A stretch of DNA of 64,000 nucleotides from Setoptus koraiensis (taxonomy: Eukaryota; Animalia; Arthropoda), in assembly GCA_048013815.1 (NCBI GenBank), contig CM106586.1, positions 20,088,001 through 20,152,000 of the forward strand. Reading direction: 5' to 3'. The position numbers and the translations under genes are program-made. Each line of letters starts with the position of its first letter. Positions within the stretch are counted from its first letter, which is position 1. Under the pieces are notes generated by a model. The model saw only the letters and a program-made list of their open reading frames with translations. It was not told the DNA's origin and searched no databases. This document shows positions 47,966 to 60,117 of the stretch, one piece after another.

Positions 47966-48504
47966 GTAAGTAGAACACTTTTTTACTCTTCTTAGGCTAG
48001 TTTTTGGTTTCAGTCTCCTTTCAGCTAAAACATTCGTGTTATGTTCGAGTTTATTTACACTTTCAACATTAGAGTATTATTCTATTTATATGTATCTGAA
48101 TGTTGTTACATTTGTAAATAATAGAGATAAAACTTGGTATATACATTTGTTGTCAAGCTAAAAACAAACAAGAAAAAACAATATATACATGAACGTGGTG
48201 TGTATTTTTGTGTTTATGGCACCAAATATTGCATCTTAGTTGGTATTCTATGAATAATTATGTCACGCTAACAGACATAGCTTGATATTCGTATCAATAC
48301 CCTCAATTGTAAAAATTTTCTTTCCTCGTAATGCAATATCCCAGATACGCTCATAGTATCTCTTCATGATGATCCATATACTTTTGAGTTCGCAAAGAAC
48401 CATTTCACGATGGACATTGTACCCTATTCACGGCTCTTGCATAACGCTTTCTTTGCATTATGTAAGCAGTGTGATTGTGGAAGTAAAAAGTTGGCCAAAC
48501 TATC

Positions 48505-51500
48505 CTAATAATAGTCATAGGAATCAAAATTTGATGCTAAGTCAGCAAAATGTAAGGCAGGACCAATCGAACTGTAAAAGTGCGTACAATTTGCATGACC
48601 GTAATCATAACCCGCTGCTAAAAGTTGCCTATGCAAATCATAAGTTATAGGTCCATTGAGATTATAATGTGGTTGTTGATGATGATTATTATCATTTTGG
48701 TTGTTGTTGTTCATGTTAGCGGCAAAATAGGCTCGATCGGGCGCTCCCACTTCCGTGTTGATAGTGTTGGCTCTGTTCCTAGAGAAGCAAGTTTTATTTC
48801 TATAACAATCACAGAGGGTCAAATCTTGTTGTTGTTTATTGTCACAAGAGAAATGATTTTCTTCATCGCAGGGCTGAGAAATATTTTGATAGTTTGGCAT
48901 CATACTAGACGATGATATTTCTTGATTTAGTTCATCATTATTTAGTACTTGTTGTTGTACGTCATCAGTTCTAGAATAGTTGTTGTTATGTATATTCATA
49001 TCACAATCATATGGTAACTGGCAATCAACATGGGGAGGAGGAGGAGAATGATGTAATAGATGTGATATTTTTGAAGGTGAGGTGGGCTCTGAGCGGGTTC
49101 TTGAGTAAAACGATTTCACACAATCGAATCTATTTTGTTGGTCCGACAATGACGATAACTCATTCTTTTTGAATATACTCTCGATAGAATGCCTCCTAAA
49201 TAATTTTCTTTGACAGAATAGATGAGTGTTATTATCAGTGTAACTGAGCGCCAGCTCATTACTGTTGACATTACAATCGAGATCCAAAGAATTGTGGTTG
49301 TTGTCGTTGTTGTTTACAATGTCTTGACCACTAACTTCTATCATATCATCACTACACATCTTTTGGCAACCACTAGCAGCGTCTTCGTGGACAATATCTG
49401 GACAATCGTCAGAAATTGTAGAGGTAAAACTAGGAATAGACATGGACAATTCCGAAGATAATTTACTGCTCTTAGACATATCACTACTAAGTGGTGGTAT
49501 ATGGTGCTGCTTCCTTCTTTGTTGATATGTTCTATTATTATCTACAGTAGAGGATATGGTGGGCAAAGTATTACTATTATTTTGCGGGTCATAAATATTG
49601 ATATTCAAACTTGTCATGGGTGTTTCGGATTCATAATGATCTCCATCGTAGCTTCGACTTGCAATGGTGTTGTCGATAGAATTGTAATCATCTTCGATAC
49701 AGCTATCCCTTTCATTGGGATCATTTGATCGTGTTGTGGTTGTTGTGACTATTTGACTGGCTTGGTAAACACGTCTCCTGCGTCTCGCTTGAGCATAATA
49801 TTTTTCACTTGTGAATGTATATAATAACTTAATAATGACCAATACAAAAGTAGATATAACAATGCAAGATAGAATTGCATTAAAATCAATTCCTGACGAT
49901 GGTTCCAATGATGTGTCTCGTTGTTTTCCAACGTCTACTGACGATAAAAAATTGTTATGATTACGATGAAGTTCACTTGTTATAGGCTCTGGCAGTTGAT
50001 TTAAATTGGCTACAGTCATCATTGGTGATTGTTTATGATGATGAACACCTTGAGAGTAGAGATCCAGCCGAGATTTTTTCGAAAGATTCAACAGCGATGT
50101 GTGATAATTTGGATTGTTGATCATGTCATGATGGCCCGACTGTGTTCCCATCGATGAAAAAGCTTTCTGAAAAGCCGGCGATAACTTCTGGTAGTTTCTA
50201 ACCTTATGTAGTGGTCCACTATTGTTGCTCAATGATAACTTTGTCTGACTAGTGCTGTTTGTCTCTAAATTTGTTTGTTGTTGTTGCTCCTTGTTGTTAC
50301 TATTGATGTTAATGGTTAGCTGTTGTTGTAATTGTTCCAGTTTTAACATTCGGACAGTGTTTGCCATTGTCATATTATCTAAGGTGTGCTTGTCCGATAT
50401 AGGCAGTGATGTAGTATTGTCGTAATTGATGTTATGTAGTAAATGTGTGCCCACAAATGCCTGATTGTTGATTTGTGTCAATTGTGGATTATTATTGAGA
50501 TTAAGCTCTCTCAAATAAGGCAAATCCCAGAAAGCACCACTATCTATGAGAGTGAGCTCCTCCAGGTTGTTCAGCCATAGCCTTTCTATAGTAAGATGGA
50601 AAAATGTTCCTGCGATTTTGAAAAATAATAGACATTTTGGCGAGATATGAAAACGAGATTATTGTTATAATATAACCAATTGGCAATAATCAGTAGGTGA
50701 GATGTTTTTTATTGTTCGGTGGACTTACCTGGCGCCAATCTCACAAATCTGTTGTAACTAAGGTCTAGATCCTTCAATCGTTTGAGTGGATGCAGAGCCG
50801 ACGAGGGTACGTGAATGAATTTGTTTTTGCTTAGGTCCAGCCATTCTAGCGAATCCATTCCAGCGAAGGCATTGTTCTTTATCAATCCTAGACTATTTCT
50901 TGATATATCCAACCGTTTTAGATTGACTAACGAGGAAAAGGTGCCTCCTAATAGATAAGAAATGTCATTGGCTCTCAACATCAACGCCTGGCATTATGAT
51001 CAAGACGGGAATATTTGGATGGGTTGAATAATGATAACTGTTGAAGTATATGTTTCTCCCAGGTAATTATAATCAGAATTTGCAAAGAATACTCACCAAA
51101 AGGTTGAAATTGGTCTGGAATTGTTGTGTGAAGACAACCTTGATATTATTGTGGTTTAAATTGAGAAAACGTAACGATTCCAATCCATTGAATGCGTGCT
51201 GGTGAATATATTTCAGCTTATTGTGGTCCAATCTAATTGTTTGTGCGTGCTTTAGAACCTTGAATTGATCATTAATTAATATTCTCAATTTATTAAATGA
51301 TAAATCCAATGCTCTCAAATTCAATACAATTGGATTTTGATTGATATTGTTACTTATTTTGAAGCCACCACCAGTCATCTGATGTTTGGCAGCGTGCGTA
51401 ACCAGCGCCAAATGATCGCCCACCACAGCTGGTAAAGGGGGCCCAGCGGCAGCAGTAGCGTCAGTATGGGGCGAAGTGGATAATTTCGTGGTGTCGTTTT

Positions 51501-52347
51501 TGCTATTATTATTAATATTAGCATTGCTGGGATCAATTACAATGGTGTTGTTGGTGTGATTGTTTGTTTGTTGTCGCTGGTGCAAACTTGCTCTACCCAA
51601 AGCCATTAATAATTTGTTGTTGTTTGTTGTCGTTGCTGTAATTATGGAAGAAGCGAGCATATTGGTTGTGAACGTGTTTCCCAATTTCTCAATGGAATTC
51701 TTGGACAAATCTAAATGTATTAATGACACTTTCATGTGAGGCATGATAGTGTGCTCTATTTTGAGCCAATCAGCATAATCCATATTGTTGTTAGCCAACA
51801 CCAACGATTGAATATCTTGCTCTCTTAATTGATTATCCAGTTGCACTAACACAGTCTCATTGTGCTGGCACTGGTGTTGGTTTTGATGGATATCACTTGT
51901 CTTGTTGTTGTCGACGATTCTTATATTAAGAGCGCCACTCATATTGAGAGTTCTTAAAGCCACTAGACGCTGGTCAGAGGCCAACTGAAAGCCGCCAGCA
52001 CCATTTAAGACACTAGAGGCCTCAGAAAATATTAAATTGTCTGTTATGGTGGGCATCATTGAATGTTCAAAGCCCGCTGACATTTTGCCATAATTTTTCA
52101 TCCAATGGTGCCTATAGTTTGTGACATACGGGTGGACATAGGGTTTGTTGCTGTTTGTGCTAATCAAAGATGGCTGCTGCCACCTGTTTGTCGGGGCATT
52201 GTCCGTTACATTTAAATTGACAACTGTGTTATTGGTGGCGTTAATATTTGTTGTATTAGGTGGCGAGCGGTTAATTGTTGATGGAGAGCTATTATTGGAC
52301 AACAAAGAAGAAAAGTTTATCTGGTCTGTGATGGCGGTATTGTTTGT

Positions 52348-52416
<69 letters not shown>

Positions 52417-55400
52417 TAGGCGCGTTGAATTGGTTACGTGATGCAACTGCTGTTGTTGTTGTTGGTGATGGTGGTGGTGATGATACCTGTTTGGGGCGAG
52501 AGTTAGCACGGCCTCTAGCGGCGATGCGGATATCTCAGCCATTTCGGCAAGATTATGACTATGATGACTAGAGAGCATCATCTCCTCTAATGCGTTCGTA
52601 CCAGTTACTGGCTTAATTGGCGTCTGCTGACTATTGTTGTTGTTGTTGTTGTTATTGTAATTGGCTTGGGTGTCCCCCAGCCAAGCCGCGCCAAAATTGT
52701 CCGAGTTGCCAGTTGAGGTGACTAGTAGCTGTTCATCGTCTAGATAAGTTGTAGTTGTTGCTATGTTGTTGTCGTGATTATTGTTACTATCGGCATTGCT
52801 GTCGTCATCAAACGAATAATCCTCATAGAAGGAAACAACATCATTTGAGTTGTCATTGACTGTGCCAGAATTATGAGCATTCGCCATCCCTTCTGTTGGA
52901 CCTTGCTTAATCTCAGACGATGATATATTGTTATTATTGTTTGTTATTATTGTACCACTGCCACTTGGCTGATTGTCAATAATCACGCAATTACACTTAC
53001 TATTGCATAATACGTTCAATCTGGCCGCTGAGGCAAAAGTGTTTGTTGCTAGTTTGTGGCTGGCAGTTGTCGTTGTTATGATATTGCTACTGTTACTATT
53101 GTTGTTGCTGTTGGTATTATTGTTGTTATTGTTATTCATGTTGTTGCTAATATTGTTGTTGCTGTTAACATTATTATCAATATTATCATGCTGATTATAG
53201 GTTATAGACGACTCTGTAATTGGTGTAATAGCTGTTGTGCTGTTGCCGTTGCTGTTGTTGTTGTTGTTGTTGTTGTTTGTTTTGTTGTTTGCTGGCGTGT
53301 CTTGCTGATATAAATCGTTGCTAGCTTGTCGTTTTTTATTCTTGTTTGGCTCGGATTTTTCCTGCAACATTGATGCTGATACAGATGCTGATTTCTTAGT
53401 TACGGCCAGCGGTCTGGCCACAGGAAGTGATTGTTGCAGAAAGTTTATTCTGTTGTTGTTGTTGGCGCCATAAGTGTTGACTTCGTTGTTTAGCATCATG
53501 TTATTTAACAATTTAGATCTTGTTTGCCTGTGAAGCAGCAGCAGCCGCCGCTTGTCGTGGCTTGGCGATCTAGTGATCACTGTTTCACTTTTGGATTCTT
53601 TTGACATGATGATTGCCTGTGTGAGTTGTTTATTTTTCTCTTCTTTCTCTTCTTCTTCTTCTTCTTCTCCTTCTCGTTTATAATGTTTGCCACTTGGTGG
53701 GGCCGGCGTGCCCGGCGCCAAATCATGGTCAATGGCATCAATCACTCTGGTTTGTTGTTGCTGTTGCGTGGGCGACCATGTCCGTGCGCCATGTGGGGAC
53801 ATTGTTTTTATCTCTGTTGATCGAGTAAATATGTTAGTAGCTGGTGATGTAAGAGATGTAGCGAAACACGGCGTGGATTTAGTTAGACAGTGGACAGTTA
53901 GACAGAGAGAGTTAACGGCGAATGGTTTGTTTCCATGCCAACTTGCTTTGTATCTAGCTTTGTTGTTATTATTATTATTATATCTGGCTTGGTTATATGT
54001 TAATAAAGAGAATGAATTATCGCGATACTCACTGTTGTTGACTTGTTGTTCCATTGGCCGACCAGTGGCTGATGGCGATGAAAAAGAATTACCACTGGCC
54101 CCTCCTGTTCCCCTTTCCTGTTCTGTTGCAACACTGTTCAACTGTCTTATTGGGCCCGGCACTAAATGAATAATTGCCTCTTGGTGAGCCACTGCCATCC
54201 TCACATCCAACGGCCCCGGCAATAGGGCCTTTTTGCTAGCCTCGCGCGCTGATAGATGATGATCAATCTTGCTGGCGTTGCTGTTGTCGCCAGTGAATAT
54301 ATTCTCGGCAATTACCGCTGCTTTGGTGCCAGCACCTTGCCTTTCAGGGGCCTCTATTATTGGACCTTTAACAGCTACTTGTGAATTGTTGTTGTTGCCG
54401 CTGTTGTAGTTGTTGTTGTTGTTGTAGTTGTTGTTATTGTTGTGGACACAGCAACTATTCTTTTTGGCGCCACTATTGTTGTTGTTGTTATTATTATTCT
54501 GGCGCCAGCCAACGGAATAAACTTTGCCTCTACCTTGGCCGCTTATTCTCTCCTTGTTGTTCTCATTCTCGCTGTCTGGCCCCTTCTTCTTATTTTGTAA
54601 TAATGTTGTTGTTGATGCTGATGATTCAACCGTGTAAGAGGCGCCAGGCTCGCGCAGGGCGCGCTCTTGACCACCGTCCAGTTTGAACTTCCTTATAGAC
54701 ATAGAAACTTGGTTGTTGTCGCTGGTGCTGTTGTTGTTGTTTTCGGTGTTGTGCTCGGCTGGTTGTACAAAACCCGTTGTTGTTGTTGTTGTTGGTGCTG
54801 GTGCTGCTGTTGGTGTGGTTGTTGCCGTGGTTGCCGTTGCCGTAGTGCAGTTTGAATTGAAATCTGGCAAAAGTGATGCTGATCCATCATGCCTGATCTC
54901 AATTGATTTATGCCTCTGTCCCTTGATGGATGATGATGTGTCTAAATTCAAATCAATTTTGACTTTGCCACCAACACCGGCGGCGCCGCCAACAGTTTGA
55001 ATTGTAGCTGGGCCCCAAGAGCGGCGAGCAAGCTGACCGGCGCCCGCTACGGACCCCAACCGAGCCGGGATTGTTTCTGGACTGGACGGAGGTGTGATGG
55101 ATTTGTCTTGACTTTGGTCGCTCTGCTTATCATGCACTTCACCTTCTTTGTTCGAATGGTTCTTTTGGTTGGTGTTGCTGGTGTCTCGGTCGCTCGCTAC
55201 CAACTGTCTGGGACGGCTTGTCGTTGTTTGTTTTCGCTGCTGCTGCTGCTGCTCTATTGTTGATAATGGCAAACGGGTCGATATGTAAATTTTGCCCTCT
55301 GCTTCCTCTGCTTTATTGGGGGCCCCATTCTTTTGCTGTCGCTGCTTGTTGTGGAGTTGTTGCTGGTGGAGCGGTTGTTGTTGTTCGGCAATGGCGTTGT

Positions 55401-55599
55401 TGTTGTTGTTGTTGTCGTTTGTTATTGGGCTGCTGCATTGTCGCTGATGAGACTTTGGGCATTGAGAGTGGCCAGCCTGCGGCCGGACCGGCTGAGCCAA
55501 TGTTGACGATAGATTGACGACGATTATCAGCGTTAGAGCGAGGGACAATAGCAGCGACAACAACAACAAATGACAACTGAAGATTATATTCATAATCAT
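48505..55599 (-). CDS. Giant LRRN-like type I transmembrane LRR protein, 3 exons, ~2,288 aa
   Basis: Exons 55599-51097, 50987-50729 and 50609-48505 (GT-AG introns of 109 and 119 nt) join in frame. Signal peptide; CNSKCNC cap; ~13 LRRs, the last reading LWLNNLEELTLIDSGAFWDLPYLRELNLNNNPQLTQI (LRRN-type); one TM helix (ILSCIVISTFVLVIIKLLY); long cytoplasmic tail. Confidence 0.8.
52351..52416. repeat. Perfect (CGA)22 microsatellite encoding poly-Ser in the LRR gene
   Basis: Uninterrupted trinucleotide run, read as TCG codons on the minus strand. Confidence 0.95.
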
Positions 55600-55748
55600 A
55601 TAGTTGTATGCGTATTGTGTGGCCTGCTGCGTTTATTAGATGGCGCGCTATTTGGGGCCGCGAGCATTATCCGCTCGTGCGACCAGACACCTGCGACCAG
55701 GCTGCGACCAGCACCAACGATGATATTGCCTGCTTATTGACCGCTAGA

Positions 55749-55813
55749 TTGACCATTGACGTTGACCAGTGGCGTTGACCAGTGACGTTGACCAGTGACG
55801 TTGACCATTGATG
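55749..55813. repeat. 13-bp tandem repeat x5 (TTGACCAGTGACG consensus)
   Basis: Units ttgaccattgacg, ttgaccagtggcg, ttgaccagtgacg, ttgaccagtgacg, ttgaccattgatg. Confidence 0.9.
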
Positions 55814-56552
55814 TTGGCAATCTGCAATGTTTAAAAAAGTGCCCGCGCACCACAGGTAGAGGATAATGGGGTGACACAAACAGATATTGCCGTTAGTGAG
55901 CTTGCTCGCCGGACTTTTTTGCGTTTGGTGTTTATATATCTGTGTGTTTATGTGTCCATATATCTACGTGTTTATGTGTCTTTATGTCTATGTGTTTATG
56001 TGGTCGCCGGGCTAGAGTTACTAATGCCAAGATTGTGCGCGCTGCAACCGTAAGCTGTCAGCGGCCGGCCGAGATATAAAAGCCCGCTCGAAATCTTATC
56101 CGCCTTGTGTGACTTATGCCGGCGTTGGGCCCGCGGCTTACTGGCCGGCCACGGGCCGACAACTGAGAGGCGCCAACAAAAAGCGGCGCTTGTTTGCTGT
56201 TTGTCAGCGCGCTCGGCCCAGTCGCTCGGCCCGGTCGCTCGGCCCGGTCGCTCGGGGCCCGCTAAGACACCGAGATGAGTTTGGCGGGATTTGGTTCATT
56301 GTTTGCGGATTGTGTGCAGCTTGTTTTAATGCCCGGCGCGCTCGTATATGTCATCATAAACTAGTCTAGCATAACTGTGCACTTATGTCTTATATACTAT
56401 TTCAAGTTGCTCCCGAGCCTTGTGCGCGCTCCGCTCCCGACGCTCTGGGCACCGCGCCGAGCCCCCGACGGCCAGAGCTCACATTTAATTTCATCAGCTC
56501 GGCCCCCATTTATGGGGGCCCGCAACTGCACTATCACTGTGCATTATCACTC

Positions 56553-56624
56553 TGCAAGCAACTGTGCAAGCAACTCTGCGAGCAACTCTGCGAGCAACTG
56601 TGCAAGTGACTGTGCAAGTAACCC
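56553..56624. repeat. 12-bp tandem repeat x6 (TGCAAGCAACTG consensus)
   Basis: Direct inspection; the last two units are degenerate. Confidence 0.85.
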
Positions 56625-56903
56625 TGTGAGGCCGACCAGTAACGGTAACCAGCATTGACTGTGGCTCGCGAGTACCTTGGCGTCCGGCTCGCCGCGACCA
56701 GCCCGCGCCAATACGCAAGCCCGCGGACCCGCCGCACTCGGCCCAGTGGCCGGTTGGCCGGCGGCGGCACGGGCTGCTCGCGAATCGGCGCCCATAAATT
56801 GTGCGGATGCGGCCCGACGTCACGCCGGGCTAGCTGTTATTATTATTATTTTCGTCATTATCGTGGCCGCATGCGGCCCGACAACGCTCAATCCGCCGCT
56901 GGT

Positions 56904-56957
56904 CAGTGTGGCGGCGCTGGGCAGTGTGGCGGCGCTGGACAGTGTGGCGGCCGCTGG
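56904..56957. repeat. 18-bp tandem repeat x3 (CAGTGTGGCGGCGCTGG-N)
   Basis: Direct inspection. Confidence 0.85.
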
Positions 56958-59547
56958 TCAGCCAAGAGCGGGCCACGGCCGCGCCATACTGCACCCGGTG
57001 CCCGCACTGGCACAACATGTACGCCGTGCACCAGGTGTAAGCCCCGCGCGGGGTACATGCGTAGGTCGGGTGCACGGCATGCATAAGATAGCGTTCGCTG
57101 GTCGGCAGTGTCACAGTTGAATCAACTAAGCCGGCCGCAATTCTGGGGCCCCGACGGTGGCTGTTGGACAGGTTGCAGTTGTTGTCGGCTGGCATGTTAA
57201 TGGTGCGCGCTGGCTGCCGACCAATCGGTAACGATGCACTTGTTTATTGCCGAGTTTGCATTGTCTAGTTGTGTTGTTGTTGTTGTTGTGTTGTTTGTCG
57301 GGCCGCTCGGGCCGCTCGGGCCAATTGTATCAAGTTGCGCGGGTCGTGCGCGCGGCGCCAAATGGAAACGCAATGAAGAGAACAGTTATCGATTAACTGT
57401 CCCAGCTCGCCGCTCGTCCGGCCCGTGCGGCCCGTGCCGCCGCTCGTGCGGCCACCGCCGGCAGCGGCAACAGCAACGACAACAACAGCGACAACAACAA
57501 CAACAGCGACACCAGCGGCAACGACTGCGCGCCGAAACAAAATCCGTCCGAATAAAACTTTTCAGTGCGCTCGTTGGCCTCACGGCAGCAGCAGCGGCAA
57601 CAGCAGCGGCAACAACAACGGCAACAGCGACACCAACGACAACATAAAAAGAAACAAGAGATAAAACACCGCGCACCTCGGCGCCCACTCTGTGCACGTA
57701 CGTACACGTGCCACGGATATTTTGTGCGCCCATGTAGCGCGTACACGGCAATTGCACCAGCGGCCAACGGTATATCCATACATATACGTACACGTACATG
57801 TATATGCGTATGGGTATGTACACGGGCCGCATGGAAGGGTGCGCGGGTGATGCGGCCGTCGGCGTATGTAGAGACAGTGTATTATCCGGTGCGCGGGGGG
57901 GCATAACAAGGCTGGGCGGCCGTTTTATGCTCGTCGGCGGCGCCCGTCGGATAAAAGTGCCAGCGCCAAACGTTGCCAAATGAATGGCAAATGTTTTCGC
58001 TCAGCCAGGCTCGTTCGCTCGCTCTGCTGCACTGACTACTATTTGATCATCAGACAGGCATAAAATGATGAAGCCGTTTATCATTGTTGTTACGTAACTT
58101 CTTGATGGTTTTAACGCGCCCAAAACAACCAGCCAGCGCGCTCATTTGCTGGCTGGCTGGCCGTCGTTGGCGCCATCATGCAAAGATGCGCTGAATTGGC
58201 CCTTTTTAGTTTAGTTACCAACTGACTGGCTCGTGGTTGCTGGCTGGCTCGTGGTTGCTGGCTGGCGAGCTGGTTGTTGTATTGGCTGGCTGGCTGGCTG
58301 GAATAGGCCGCTCACCTCCGAGCGCCACTCTAATGCAACGGCAACGCGCCATTAGCAGCCTCTTTGGGCCTCGCCCGGCCCCAAAGAGCCCCAGCGAGCT
58401 TCTGTTGAGGCTGTGGGGGCCGTTCGAGGCCTCGTTGTGCTGGCCCCCGCACAACGTCTCGGCTCGGCTCGGCTCAAGTTGCCAGCTCAACTCTTAACCT
58501 AACAACTCGTAAGCCGGCAACAATGTTAGCAATGGCAAGCCAACGAGAATAATATTCGACAGGGGCCAATATAAGCGCGCACTATAGCCACCTCAGGCTT
58601 GTTTATGTGCCCTCGGTCGCTTGTTTACATCGCCCGTTATGTGGCCCCGATGGCCCGTTTGCCCGTCGGCCGGCCTCCCCTCTCCGCCGACCTCCCGTGC
58701 CCGCGCACGTTTATCCTGTGGCTCGCGCGCAGGCACAACTACAATGGCACTCGCTGGCTTGCTCGGCTTGTGCGCGGGCCCCCGCCCCGAAAGACGCGCT
58801 CGCCACGAGCTCGCCAAACGAACGCTGTCGCTGTGCAATGCGCGCCATGCGCACAAATTGTCGACTGTGCGGCTTGGCGACTGTGCGGCTTGGCGGCGGC
58901 CGCAATTCAAACTATTTCGGGCCAGCCAGTCAGCCAAAATCCGCTGCCGTCGGTGCCCGCGTAGGTGGCCTCACGAGCCGGCTGTGCGCATACAACTTTT
59001 GCAATGTGCGCCCGGCCGGCTCTTTGGGGCCCCTTCGTCTGGCCGGGCGGCGTCTGGCTGACAATTTGCTAATGACCGTGGCAACTAGTGACATTTGCGC
59101 AACGCTGACCACTGGCCAGCCGCCAGGGGCCCTCTGGTGTCGCCATCGTGATGCCTCAAATAGCGAGCGAGTCAGATATTAGATTAGTATGCACGTATCA
59201 CGTCATTGATTAGCTTGCGCGCTGCCTGTCGCGCTTGTGCCGACCGAGCGCTGGCGCTTGCCGCGGGCCGGTCGGCCGACTCGGCCGGGTGCACCAACGA
59301 AGCACGCGCCGCCGGCGGCCGCGTCCGGCGACGTGCGCCAACCGAACCGAACCGGTCCGGCCCAGCGACTGGCCAGAGAGTCGGCGGCCGGAAACGGCCT
59401 GGCTGGCCCTACGCCCGGCAACGGGGCCAGCCTGTCCGGTCATCGGTGAGGCGCGCGCAAAAAAGCGCGCGCCCGCTCAGCCGACAAGACGGCGGCGGTC
59501 TTGCCAGCGACAGGATGTTGGCCAAATGTACGGCCAAGTATGGCGAC

Positions 59548-59607
59548 ATGAGGCGATATGAGGCGATATGAGGCGACATGAGGCGGCATGAGGCGATATG
59601 CGGCGAT
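59548..59607. repeat. 10-bp tandem repeat x6 (ATGAGGCGAY)
   Basis: Direct inspection. Confidence 0.9.
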
Positions 59608-60069
59608 ATATAGAGCGTCGCCGGTCCGAGTGCGCGAATCAGAACGCGCTGATCGAGCGCATTGTTTCTGCACCTAGCTCCGCTGGCCGTCGGTTGTCGG
59701 TGTTGCCCGTTATTTGATATTTTCCGTCGTCGCCAAGAGCGCTTCGGTGATGCACCCTGTCGGCCTTGTGTGTTGGCGCAACTTTGTTTATACGCCGCAA
59801 ATTGGCAACGAGTTGGCTGTTACGCAATCGTGAGTGCTGTTGTGTCATTAACAGTTGTCGGCCGCAGCGGCGGCAACAACGGCAACAACAACTGCCACGG
59901 ACAACCACAGCCAATTGGTCACCCTCGAGTCGGCGCGACTTGATTAAGCGTCTGGCCAGCGCCACAAATAATGTATCATTACTTTCGCGGCTCGTTGTTG
60001 CGCGTTGTGTCGTTGTTGCTGCCGCTGCCGTCCGTTCCACGCCGCCAACAACGACAACAACGGCAACGG

Positions 60070-60070
60070 C

Positions 60071-60117
<47 letters not shown>
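60070..60117. repeat. (CAA)16 microsatellite; similar AAC/GTT tracts at ~60740-60810 and ~62095-62190
   Basis: Perfect trinucleotide run in non-coding DNA. Confidence 0.95.

Noticed and set aside
48000-48030. TTTCAG|TCTCCT (reads Ser-Pro) as a nearby IMMP2L acceptor
   Set aside because: It is the wrong phase for the phase-2 donor; the Ser-Pro frame stops after 4 codons and the phase-compatible frame is not peptidase-like.
50600-56000. Chimeric or contaminant junction at the GC shift
   Set aside because: One gene spans the transition with in-frame canonical introns of the same size class as elsewhere, and the change is gradual. Read-level confirmation is still advisable.
56075-56082. Plus-strand TATAAAAG as the promoter of a separate gene
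   Set aside because: There is no credible downstream ORF or initiator; a single 8-mer is insufficient evidence.
59919-59963. SPSSRRDLIKRLASA as the missing IMMP2L exon 2
   Set aside because: There is no AG acceptor in the required phase, the SP-to-KR spacing is one residue short, and there is no following (L)EGD. Likely chance.
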